DNA of 64,000 nt from Carpediemonas membranifera BICM (taxonomy: Eukaryota > Protista > Fornicata). The notes below the pieces were generated by a model. It had not been told where the DNA came from, made no database searches, and saw only the letters and a list, made by a program, of their open reading frames with translations. Both the position numbers and the translations under genes were made by a program. The DNA lies in the NCBI GenBank assembly GCA_019828565.1, contig JAHDYR010000066.1, positions 434,001 to 498,000 of the forward strand. Direction: 5' to 3'. How positions within the stretch are numbered: the first letter of the stretch is position 1; each line of letters opens with the position of its first letter. Of the stretch, positions 29,626 to 38,906 are shown in pieces.

Positions 29626-31614
29626 TCACTTCCGGTTCATCTTATGGACGGACACGCTGCCGTCGTCGTGCCCGAGGAGGAGCTCCCCAGACGACGCCCC
29701 GCTGCAGTTCACGGCAAACGTTGTGTGTTGCAGCTCAACGGACAGCACTCTGAGCCCGGTGCTCGGGTCGTGGACCGAGATGTTGCCCGCGACAGTCGAC
29801 GAGTAGATGAAGCCGTCCGGGCCGCAGATGACGCTCACAGCCGGCGTGTCGGTGATGAGGATCTGCTCTGACGCCAGGGTGTCCGCGCTCATCGTCCTGA
29901 GCTCACCGGCGACTGCAGCAACGCGCTTGCTGGACGTCGACAGCGATGTGACGGGCTCGGTGAGCTGCATGCGGATGGCCTCCTCCATGGAGCTTGACCA
30001 GCCCACGATGAGCCCGCTGTCGTCCCCGGTGAACATCGACCCGCTCTGGTTGTGGCAGACGCACCGCACGGGCACAGTGTGGGTCATCAGCGCCTGCTCG
30101 ATGACACCGTCGTCCGTGCTGATCACAGTCACCCGGCCGGACTGGTACCCGATGACCGCGGACCGGCTGTACAGGCTGACACACAGCGGCATGCCGTCCC
30201 TCGGGTCGAGGTGGATGATGTTGTCCGGTGCCTCTGCCGCTGCCCTGCTCGCGTGCTCCGGGTCGGACAGCCGCTCCCACAGCAGGGGTAGCTTGAACAC
30301 GGCCATGGTCCCGTCCTCGGAGACGGACACCGCACGGGCGCCCTGCACGGAGATGGCGACGACGGGTCGGGTGTGAGCCTTGTACGTCGCGACAATGATC
30401 TCTCCGCTGACCGCGCAGACGGACACCTCACCCGAGTCGTGGCCGGACCAGGTCAGCAGGCCGTCCATCGTCACCGCCGTCACGGAAGAGGTCGCCGGGT
30501 GCAGCTCCGTCGGGGGCACCTTGCTGAGCCGGGGGACGGGCTTCTGTAGTGGCGCCGTCCTGAAGCAGACGGAGGGGTCGTTCTTGCCCGCGGGCATCAG
30601 TACGTCGTAGTCGAAGGGATCGTCCGTGTCGGGCAGTGGGCCGTCCTGCGGCAGCGTCTTGAACCGCAGCGAGAGGGTGAATGCCGGGTGGACGCGACGG
30701 TCCTTGACTGCCTTGTCCAGCTGGTTCTTGGGGAACTCGACGGTATCCCCGCTGACGAAAGAGGTGTGGAACGCAGCCCGGGCGACGGCCTGTGCGCTGG
30801 CAGACTTCATAGGTTTGTGCTTCACGACGATGCTGATGTCGCCGAGGAGGCTGACCTGTGTGCTAAGGGTCGCCGTGTCGCCCGGCTCGACCGGCTCCGG
30901 GTCGCCCATCCAAGCGCTGTTGAAGATGAGCCGCGACCCCGAGGAGATCTGCACCACGGGCCGAAATAGCCCGCCCTCGACTGCAGGACAGTGGCTGAGC
31001 GTGATGCCGAGCACAGCGATGGGCGTGGGTGCCGGTGCGATGCGGGTCTTGAGAACCTGGTGGAAGTATCCGACGTACCGCACCTGGGACGGGACAGACA
31101 CGCCCTGCTCCTTCGCCGACCTCTTGCACGCGAAGAACGTCAGGGCGTCCATGGGGTCGGTGAACAGGCCGGCGTATGCCAGGAAGCAGGCGATGACGGT
31201 GCCAGTCCGCCCCCGCCCCGCCAGACAGTGGACAATGACAACGTTGTCTGGGTCTGCAGACAGCCAGCTGTAGATGTTCTTGCAGATCTTAAAGAGGAGT
31301 GAGAGGGGCGGTGAGTGGTGATCTGGGAATCCGAACTCGAGTACCTGGTTGTCGAATTTCGTGTAATCATATGGCCTCTCGGACAAATTGTAGATAAGAT
31401 AGTGGTTCCTGTGATGTCGTTCTAACATGGCTGCTACTTCGTTGATGTCATTCCTATATAATGCCTCGCTTTTGGCTGCTGGGAAACCCATGGCAATGAT
31501 CCGGTCTGTAATGTATGTCAAATCCAGGTCAAACGCTCCATCTTGATACCTAACACGGGTTCCTGACACCTTCCCGCGTAATCCCCTGCTCAAATTGGTG
31601 AGAAGGCTCGGCAT
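29626..31614 (-). CDS. PTEN/tensin-type phosphatase plus C2 domain, fused to C-terminal WD40-like propeller
   Basis: RYQDGAFDLDLTYITDRIIAMGFPA, FPDHHSPPL, HCLAGRGRTG, PSQVRYV, C2 FHTSFV..KNQLD, then HTRPV/HTVPV WD-like repeats. Confidence 0.88.
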   Translation of the reverse strand: MPSLLTNLSRGLRGKVSGTRVRYQDGAFDLDLTYITDRIIAMGFPAAKSEALYRNDINEVAAMLERHHRNHYLIYNLSERPYDYTKFDNQVLEFGFPDHHSPPLSLLFKICKNIYSWLSADPDNVVIVHCLAGRGRTGTVIACFLAYAGLFTDPMDALTFFACKRSAKEQGVSVPSQVRYVGYFHQVLKTRIAPAPTPIAVLGITLSHCPAVEGGLFRPVVQISSGSRLIFNSAWMGDPEPVEPGDTATLSTQVSLLGDISIVVKHKPMKSASAQAVARAAFHTSFVSGDTVEFPKNQLDKAVKDRRVHPAFTLSLRFKTLPQDGPLPDTDDPFDYDVLMPAGKNDPSVCFRTAPLQKPVPRLSKVPPTELHPATSSVTAVTMDGLLTWSGHDSGEVSVCAVSGEIIVATYKAHTRPVVAISVQGARAVSVSEDGTMAVFKLPLLWERLSDPEHASRAAAEAPDNIIHLDPRDGMPLCVSLYSRSAVIGYQSGRVTVISTDDGVIEQALMTHTVPVRCVCHNQSGSMFTGDDSGLIVGWSSSMEEAIRMQLTEPVTSLSTSSKRVAAVAGELRTMSADTLASEQILITDTPAVSVICGPDGFIYSSTVAGNISVHDPSTGLRVLSVELQHTTFAVNCSGASSGELLLGHDDGSVSVHKMNRK

Positions 31615-31805
31615 GCCGTTCAATTTTGCCTTATCCTGCGCATTCCTGCTGGCCCAGTAGCAGTGGGAGGAACCGCGCCGAACAGTGCGCGACAAGGCCG
31701 TACCTGAACACGGGGAGCCTCTGACTTTCGGCCCGATCCGTTCTCGTCGGAAGATTGGCCTCACCCCGTGCTGAACGGCCATCCTGTAATTTATATCCAC
31801 GGCGA

Positions 31806-33218
31806 TTACTCCATAGCGGCGAGCTCCTTGATGTTACTGAACTCCTCGTATGGGATCGAATACTCGGTGAGCTTGGCCCTGTACGTCGCCAGCGCGTCGT
31901 TGTGCATCTTACGCACCCTGGCGAGCTCGATGTGCAGGTTCTGGATGATCCTGTTCTTGCCCTCCATGAGGTCCTCGAGCTTCTTCCGGGCCGTACCGAG
32001 CACCGAGGAGTCCAGATTGGCCGCCTTCAGCACCTCGCTCAGCTGGGCGTCGCGCTTCTCCATCTCGTTGACGGCCGTGTTGAGCTTCTGCTTGAGGATC
32101 TCCTCCCGCATTACGCCCCGGCTCTCGACCTCGTGCACGGCGTCCTCGAAGTTGGAGTACAGCTCGTCCTGTTCATCCTGGAGCGCGCTGAATGCCTGAG
32201 ACAGCTCCTCCTTCTCCCACTCCAGCGCCCTCGTCCTACTCTCGAGCACGGCGACCCTCGCCCGGGCCGCCTTCAGGCTGTCCTTGTCCTTGTCGTAGTT
32301 CGTCAGCTGCACCTTCTGGTCCTCAACGTTCTTGAGGGCGCGGTGCAGCGGGTCAGCCAGCCTGCGGTTCTCCTGGGCAATCTCGAACATGAGCTTCTCG
32401 TTGGCGGCCTCTTTCTTCTTCATCTCCGCAAGCTCCTCCTTGAGTGTCTTGATGAGGTCCATGTTGTTGTGGGTGATGTCGTTATAGTACGCCTTGATCT
32501 CCTGGTATGCCGTCGCATGCTTCTTCATGAGCGCGTTGATGTGTGCGTTCTTACGCTCCTCGACCTCGTGGATCTCGGCCTTCCGTTTCAGCTCAAGCTC
32601 CTCGGACAGCTCCCGGCTACGCTTCTCCCACCGTTGCAGGGCCTCCTGCATCTGCCGCTCGTGCTCTTGCCGCAGCATCGTGACGTTTCGGTCGTACTCT
32701 TGACGCAGGTTGTCGACAAGCTCCTGGTTGCCGAGCTCCATCTCGCGCATGTTGCGGAGGACCTGCCGCTTGTCGTCCTTGATCTCGGCTTCGGTGTCCT
32801 GGTGGTCGTTGGCGGCTGCACGGAGCATCTCCTCGTGCTGGATCGACTGCTCCGCGAGCTGTGAGTGGTTGACGTACAGAAGGTCCTTGGTCGCCTGCTG
32901 GTACACCTTCACCTGCACGCTGTGGCGCTCCATCAGCTCCTGTAGCTCGCGTTCCTTGCTCTTGATCAGTGCCTTGGATTCCTCAAGCCGGTTCACAGTG
33001 GCCTCGTACAGCTGCTGGATCTTGTCGCGTTCAGCCTGATAGTAGTTGCGCTCCTTGGATTCAAGCTCGCGCTGCTGCTGCTCGTTTTCGAACTCGATTT
33101 TCAGATCATCATATTGCTTCTGGAGCTCCTCGAGCTTGGAGGGCCCTGTTTCGCCCTTAACACCCTTCTTCCCCTTCTTTCCCTTCTTTCCCTTCTTGCC
33201 TTTTCCTTTCGGCGGCAT
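31806..33218 (-). CDS. GAS8: Dynein regulatory complex subunit 4 (GAS8/trypanin)
   Basis: MPPKGKGKK start, ERNYYQAERDKI, EIHEVEERKNAHINALMKKH..AYQEIKAYYNDITHNNMDLIKTLK. Confidence 0.93.
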   Translation of the reverse strand: MPPKGKGKKGKKGKKGKKGVKGETGPSKLEELQKQYDDLKIEFENEQQQRELESKERNYYQAERDKIQQLYEATVNRLEESKALIKSKERELQELMERHSVQVKVYQQATKDLLYVNHSQLAEQSIQHEEMLRAAANDHQDTEAEIKDDKRQVLRNMREMELGNQELVDNLRQEYDRNVTMLRQEHERQMQEALQRWEKRSRELSEELELKRKAEIHEVEERKNAHINALMKKHATAYQEIKAYYNDITHNNMDLIKTLKEELAEMKKKEAANEKLMFEIAQENRRLADPLHRALKNVEDQKVQLTNYDKDKDSLKAARARVAVLESRTRALEWEKEELSQAFSALQDEQDELYSNFEDAVHEVESRGVMREEILKQKLNTAVNEMEKRDAQLSEVLKAANLDSSVLGTARKKLEDLMEGKNRIIQNLHIELARVRKMHNDALATYRAKLTEYSIPYEEFSNIKELAAME

Positions 33219-33449
33219 TCCTTGTCCGTTTGGCGATTTTTTGTGTTGTTGCTACCCGATATACGTAAGTGGACCATAAACGTGTAAACAGTCGGAAGGG
33301 CGAGGTCATATGCCGATCACATGATGTGTATACGCTGTGGCGTCCTTTGTTGGGCCACGGCCACAAGTCTCATACCATAACCATCTCGTCAACCAGACAG
33401 ACAAGGGGCGTTTACTTTCAATATATTCCATACAAGTATACCGGTAACC

Positions 33450-34190
33450 TCACCGGAACGTGTGGAGCAGCCCCAGTGCGACAAATTCGAGTCGCCGCAA
33501 GTCGGCTGGCAGAGAGGCACAGAGCTGCCTCACTGGGTCACTCTGCAGCGCAGGGTCGATCGCCGGGTCGTCATCCGATAGAATGATGCGGAAGTCACCC
33601 TGCCCCAGGGACATGGTCACAACTATCTGCCCGTCGTCGCCTGGCGCCGACCGTATGTCGGTCCCCCCCACACAGGCCTCCTCGGTCGCCTTGTCCGCAT
33701 TGATCTCGTCCATTGTTTGCCTGTACCGGGCCAGCGCCTTGTGGACGTCGTCCTTGACCTGCTCGAGCCGCTCCTCGTGGTCCGTCCGTGCCCGCTTAAG
33801 CTCGGCCTCCCGAAGCACTGGCAGATCCGCACGGGTTTCAAGCTGCTGCTCGAGTTTCTCTAGAGCTGCTGCTGTGTCTGAGTATGTGACGTTGGAGTGA
33901 GAGTTCTTCGCTTGAGCGTCTGTCGTCTCGCGGAGCTCCTGTAATTGTTCGTTCGCCTTGTCCACCTCCTCGGTCAGGTCCGTAGACAGCCTGTCAATGT
34001 CAGTGTAGTACTGCAGCCACTCATGGTCTGTGAAAATGTCAAAAGTTGCCTCAGTGCTCCCAGAGACTCCGAGATCTTCGTCCTCATCGCTAGATGTCTC
34101 TTTGCTGGGGTCCAATAGCCGACTAAGTATGTATTGCATCCTATATAGCTTCTGAATATCCTCAAAAACGTCCTCCAGTGTCTCCGTCAT
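33450..34190 (-). CDS. Hypothetical coiled-coil protein with small C-terminal alpha/beta domain
   Basis: Start MTETLEDVF; coiled coil followed by a beta-rich segment. Confidence 0.65.
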   Translation of the reverse strand: MTETLEDVFEDIQKLYRMQYILSRLLDPSKETSSDEDEDLGVSGSTEATFDIFTDHEWLQYYTDIDRLSTDLTEEVDKANEQLQELRETTDAQAKNSHSNVTYSDTAAALEKLEQQLETRADLPVLREAELKRARTDHEERLEQVKDDVHKALARYRQTMDEINADKATEEACVGGTDIRSAPGDDGQIVVTMSLGQGDFRIILSDDDPAIDPALQSDPVRQLCASLPADLRRLEFVALGLLHTFR

Positions 34191-34509
34191 GGTGAAGGAA
34201 CGATTTCGGGGTGATGACGCGCGGAAATTTGAGAGCGACTTGGCGCAGTCAGAGGCGGTGAGTATTGGCTGTCCGGCGTCACTGGGTCCCACGCAGAGCA
34301 TCACACTGCCTATTTGAGAGGAGAATTTTAAGCGGCAGCTTCGAACAAGGGTTGGGTGGGTTTCATCTGAGGAGCCAACACTTATGGCTTCCGGACACCG
34401 TTTTCGCCACAAGGCCCAGTCGCATCGACTTCGAATCCATGCTCAGATGCTCGGATTGAGATTCTGGTGTGTCACATGGATAGAAAAACGATAGAAAATT
34501 GCAAGAGCT

Positions 34510-35919
34510 ATGGTGACGAGTACAGGCGTCGCCGAAAACTCGCTCGTACAAGTAGTAACACAGGCAAGGCGCGATCTTCTTCAGGTGCTCTCATTTGTAT
34601 CTTTATCCCCAAATGATGGACTCCACGCCATGGAGCAGAACAAGGAGCTCTATCAGTCTCTTTATGGCCTTGTAGCCGATATTAAGGAGTCGCTGGATGA
34701 CGACGGCACGGTTTCTGCCTTTCCCAACGCTCCATCCGGCTCTCGGAACAAACCACATTTCCAGCCGCCCCATGCCAGCAACCGGCCATCCGTGGGTCAG
34801 CCCACTATCGCGCTAGATCTGCTCCTACACCCCGTCCACCCGGCCGTGCAGCACTATCCCTGGGGCCGTCAGGCGCCATGTCTCGTCAGCACCATGGCGG
34901 GGAGTGCAGACGGCACGGAACCCTGGGCCGAAGCATGGTACGGCATCCACCCCAAGGCCCCTTCAACGGTGGCGACCGTTCCGCTGTCCGACTTCACCGC
35001 GGCCCACCCATCCCTCGGCCGGCCGACGTTCCTGCTCAAGGCCCTCTCCATCGCCAAGCCGCTGTCGATCCAGGCCCACCCCGACCAAGAGCTCGCAGCC
35101 ACACTCCATGCCCGCCGGCCGGACATCTACCCGGACGCCTCACACAAGCCGGAGCTCATGATCGCAGTGAAGCCGACAGGGCTGCTGTGCGGGTTCAAGA
35201 CATCAGCGGAGATCGTAGCATTGATGGATAGCCTACCGGCTGTCCGCGCAGCATTAGGAGCATGCTTTGCAGAATATCGACAGAATCCGGAAGTGGGACT
35301 CAAGCAGTGTCTCGCCCACCTGTTCGACCACCCCGAGACCCACGAGGCCGCCATTGCCGAGCTCGTTGCCGTGGACGGCGTGGCGGCGTTCGTCCACGGC
35401 TTCTTCGGCACGGACGTCGGCGTCATTGTCGCCGCCCTCCTCGAGCACCGCACGCTGCAGCCCGGGGAGGCGGTGTTCATCCCGGCCAACGAGCTGCACT
35501 GCTACCTCAGCGGCGAGGGCATCGAGGTCATGGTGTCCTCAGACAACGTCGTCCGGTGCGGGCTGACGGGCAAGCTCATCGACACCGACACGCTGCTCGG
35601 GATGATAACAGGCAAGCACACGGGCATGGCCATGGTCATTCCACCGCCTGAGGGCCCATTCCGGTCCTACAAGTGCCTCGCGCCGTTTCAGGTTCTCCGC
35701 GTCACCCTCGATGATGAGTTCAAGGAGGCAGCCGTGGGCCCAACGGCCGGGCCGCTCTTCATCCTGTGTCTGTCCGGGAATGTCCTCGTGGCCACGCCCA
35801 CCGGTCAGTCCGTTGCCATCCAGACGAGTCAGTGTCTGTTCGCCGGACACGAGCTGGGACTCAGCGGACTGACGCTGAGCGGCGCCGGAGACGTGTTTAT
35901 AGTTGCCGGCACTCAGTAG
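34510..35919 (+). CDS. MPI: Mannose-6-phosphate isomerase (type I) with N-terminal extension
   Basis: QHYPWG, AEAWYGIHP, FLLKALSIAKPLSIQAHPD, YPDASHKPE, PANELHCYLSG, EVMVSSDNVVRCGLT. Confidence 0.95.
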   Translation: MVTSTGVAENSLVQVVTQARRDLLQVLSFVSLSPNDGLHAMEQNKELYQSLYGLVADIKESLDDDGTVSAFPNAPSGSRNKPHFQPPHASNRPSVGQPTIALDLLLHPVHPAVQHYPWGRQAPCLVSTMAGSADGTEPWAEAWYGIHPKAPSTVATVPLSDFTAAHPSLGRPTFLLKALSIAKPLSIQAHPDQELAATLHARRPDIYPDASHKPELMIAVKPTGLLCGFKTSAEIVALMDSLPAVRAALGACFAEYRQNPEVGLKQCLAHLFDHPETHEAAIAELVAVDGVAAFVHGFFGTDVGVIVAALLEHRTLQPGEAVFIPANELHCYLSGEGIEVMVSSDNVVRCGLTGKLIDTDTLLGMITGKHTGMAMVIPPPEGPFRSYKCLAPFQVLRVTLDDEFKEAAVGPTAGPLFILCLSGNVLVATPTGQSVAIQTSQCLFAGHELGLSGLTLSGAGDVFIVAGTQ

Positions 35920-36197
35920 CATAAATAGTCCGAGTTTTATTTGGCCGAGGAGGGGCCTGTGTGATGGTAAGGGTAGCCTCAGCGACCGTTGCCATCTCCC
36001 TTAAAGCCAGTGTGATGACGCATGTGAGTCTTTTTACCAACCCCACAGCCGCAATGGGCATAAAGCACTGGCGGATGGCCTTCTTTGTCTCAGTCAGCTC
36101 GCTAAGATCCTGGAAAGCCAGTAGATCAGGTCACTGCCTTCTTAACGACGACCATTTATGATCCAGGGGAAACACCAGGAGACACCGGCTAAGATCA

Positions 36198-37535
36198 TCA
36201 ATGCAGCCCCTTGGTCATCGCCCGGTGCTGCTGTGCCTCCGAGTCATGCCCAAGTCGCTCGTATGCATCGGCTAGGGCAGCCCTGGTCACGCCGTCACTC
36301 GGCCGCACTTTAAGGGCCTCCGTGTAGAAGAAGATTGCCTGGGTAGACAGCTGCAGCAGGTCGTACGCGTGTCCGATGGACTTGAGCGCCATCCAGTCCG
36401 ACTGGTTCGCCCGCAACGCCCGCCGGTAGCACTCGATCGCAAGGGCCACCCGCTTTGTTGCAATGAACTCGTGCCCGAGCAGCACCCACGCCGCCCCGCA
36501 CCGCCTGTCGAGCGTCACGGCCCTAACGAGCGACTTAATCGACTGTCCGTGCCGGCGGGCGGCACTGTGGTAGTTGCCGACGACACAGGCAGTCTCGGCG
36601 GACATGGGGTTGGTGAGGGAAGCCTGGTGGGCCAGCTTGGTCAGCGCTGGCAGCTCATCGTGTGAGAAGAGCGATGTCGACAGTAACGCGTGCTGGTCGA
36701 GGCAGTGCGGGTCCCGGGCAGCGATGTGCCCAAAGAGCTGCTCCGTCCTGGCATAGTCCTGCTCGTTGAACGCGTGCTGGGCAATGATGTGGGCAATGCA
36801 GGTCGCATCACCGTAAGCGGCCTTGGCGTTGCTGGCGAGGAGTTCAACGGCGACGTCACAGCCGGCAAGTGCCCCCAGCCTGTGGTAGAGGTGCAGCAGG
36901 AACAGCGAGCACATGGGGTGGTCGGCCACCTCAGACGGCTCGCCGGTGATACCGATGGCGCCAAGGACCTCGGCCACGTTAGCTGCGGAAGAGGAGCGTA
37001 GGAGACCGGCCCAGGCATGCCAGAAGCCGGGAAGCTGGTAGATGACGTTGATAAACATGCCTGCAGCCTCGTCATCCTTGCCCTGTTCGTCCAGGATGAC
37101 GGCGAGGAGGTACTGGAGAAAGACGTCTTCGGTGCGGAGATCCTTCAGCGCAGACTCGAGCGCGGGGAGCTCCTGGTTGGCAACCTCGTTTAGCGGCACG
37201 CCATCGTCGTTGCCGGTCATCTCGCTCTCTTTCTCAAAGCGACGCTTCTCTCCAGCAAGGTACCGGGCGTAGTAGAGCAGGAAGAGGGAAAGATCATCGT
37301 CATCGAGGTCCTCGTGGTTGTCTAGGTAGTTGTAGCAACGCTGATACTCTTTTGATTCAAGAAGAGTTCGCGAAAAGAAGAATCTAGCCGTGTAGTGGTG
37401 AGTTGGGGACAATGTCATGTCATCTTGCCCGAAGCCGCTACTGGTGGCGGTTTCAAATTGCCATTTTGCTTCCTTGATCAAACATCTCGCATGCAATTCG
37501 TTTCCAATCTCTAAAAGTTCTGCAATTGCTGTCAT
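36198..37535 (-). CDS. CDC23: Anaphase-promoting complex subunit 8 (Cdc23)
   Basis: RCLIKEAKWQFE, KEYQRC, LFLLYYARYLAGEKR, ETACVVGNYHS, AWVLLGHEF, AIECYRRA (TPR repeats). Confidence 0.88.
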   Translation of the reverse strand: MTAIAELLEIGNELHARCLIKEAKWQFETATSSGFGQDDMTLSPTHHYTARFFFSRTLLESKEYQRCYNYLDNHEDLDDDDLSLFLLYYARYLAGEKRRFEKESEMTGNDDGVPLNEVANQELPALESALKDLRTEDVFLQYLLAVILDEQGKDDEAAGMFINVIYQLPGFWHAWAGLLRSSSAANVAEVLGAIGITGEPSEVADHPMCSLFLLHLYHRLGALAGCDVAVELLASNAKAAYGDATCIAHIIAQHAFNEQDYARTEQLFGHIAARDPHCLDQHALLSTSLFSHDELPALTKLAHQASLTNPMSAETACVVGNYHSAARRHGQSIKSLVRAVTLDRRCGAAWVLLGHEFIATKRVALAIECYRRALRANQSDWMALKSIGHAYDLLQLSTQAIFFYTEALKVRPSDGVTRAALADAYERLGHDSEAQQHRAMTKGLH

Positions 37536-37871
37536 CGGTGGCGAGCGTCACTATTTCGCAGTTTAGCGGACAACCATCGGTGCTATTCCCGCCGCTGCCG
37601 TGACGCATAACAGCGTATCCAAGGATCCTCAACCAACTGCTGGATATTACCGGCAGGGCTAGCCCTCCCGATGCTTGTGGTTTGGCTGGCCATGCTCCTT
37701 CGTGTGGCCAGGGTCCAAGCGCAATTCAACATGATACTTATATTATACTATATATAGTATGCTTGAGGCGGCACCTCCATACTAAAGAACCCAGTGGGAT
37801 CCCATCACCCCAGTTGCCGCAATCCGATGTTTATCTGCTCAACGCGGGGGGCTGACTGGCGGTCGCCAGGC

Positions 37872-38738
37872 TCACAGCCCGAGGAATCCCAGGACCTTGG
37901 TCTTCGTCGGGGACATGTACCGGCTCCGCAGCGCCTTCTCGACAGTCCACCGCCGGTCGACGGGTGCCATGAGGCCCCTGAGCATCTCAGCCAGCTGGTC
38001 ATTCTCGAAGTCCTGGAAGAGTTGGTCAAGGTTCACACGCCGGATGTCGTTGATTAATTCAAACATGGAGGCGCCGTCGAACGGGTATATGCCTCTGGCG
38101 GCACAGAAGAGAGACAACCCCACGCCCCAGGCGTCGATCAGCTCGGCCGCACGGGCGTCGAGCTTGAAGTCTTCCGAGAAGGATTCTGGCGGGCGGAATG
38201 CGACTGACCCGAGCCTTGTGTTGTTCTGCCGGCCCTCGACAAAGGCGGACCCGAAGTCGATCAGGGTCACGGCCCCCTGCGTGAATAATATGTTGTCTAG
38301 CTTCACATCGCAGTGGGCTACCCCGTGCCTGTGGCACTGGCGAATCGCCTTGAGCAGCCCGGATGCGACACGGCGCAGGGAGGCTGGATCGAGGCCCCTG
38401 TACTGGAAGCGGTTGACCAAGGCCTGCAGGGACGTGCTCCCGCCGTACTCGGTCACTATGAACATGTTTTCGTCTGTGGACTCAACCTCCAGGAGCGACG
38501 CCACAGCTGGCACCCGCGAAACTCGCCTGAGCGCGGTAACTTCGTTCTCAGCAGCCTGTATGTGCTCCTCGTTCTTCACGGACATCACCTTGATTGCACA
38601 GCGCTTCTTTGTTGCCATATCCTCGCCCAGGTGGACGAAGCTGTAGCTCCCGGTCCCGAGGGCCTCCAGGACATGGTAGCGGCCGCCAATGATGGTGGAC
38701 GAGAACCTATTGATGGGCGAATCACTTTCCTCAGCCAT
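37872..38738 (-). CDS. CAMK-group Ser/Thr kinase, LKB1/STK11-like
   Basis: LGTGSYSFV, non-RD HCDVKLDNIL, GSVAFRPPE (LKB1: GSPAFQPPE), YPFDGASMFELI (LKB1: YPFEGDNIYKLF). Start is uncertain. Confidence 0.75.
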   Translation of the reverse strand: MAEESDSPINRFSSTIIGGRYHVLEALGTGSYSFVHLGEDMATKKRCAIKVMSVKNEEHIQAAENEVTALRRVSRVPAVASLLEVESTDENMFIVTEYGGSTSLQALVNRFQYRGLDPASLRRVASGLLKAIRQCHRHGVAHCDVKLDNILFTQGAVTLIDFGSAFVEGRQNNTRLGSVAFRPPESFSEDFKLDARAAELIDAWGVGLSLFCAARGIYPFDGASMFELINDIRRVNLDQLFQDFENDQLAEMLRGLMAPVDRRWTVEKALRSRYMSPTKTKVLGFLGL

Positions 38739-38906
38739 GCAGATCAGACTCTTCGCCGGTATCATGATAACGTGGGACAGAAGTGCCCGAACAGGTTGTT
38801 TGTCGGCCTGCCACGCAGATTTGCCGATCTTCCCCAGATCGATCTCTGATACATCAGACAACTCATATCACGCGTAACAGGCTTGGCAGACAGTAAATAA
38901 GGATAT

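Noticed and set aside
31630-31641. 12-bp match CTTATCCTGCGC to the putative Fanzor guide, upstream of the PTEN-like gene
   Set aside because: Too short and not preceded by the shared GACTCAA. It may be chance or a general promoter word, since TATCCTGCG also occurs near 45853.
33160-33218. 9-bp-period repeat CCCTTCTTT
   Set aside because: It encodes the GKK-repeat N-terminus of GAS8.
37745-37760. 16-bp palindrome ATACTATATATAGTAT
   Set aside because: Low-complexity AT core in a 3' spacer, with no further support.
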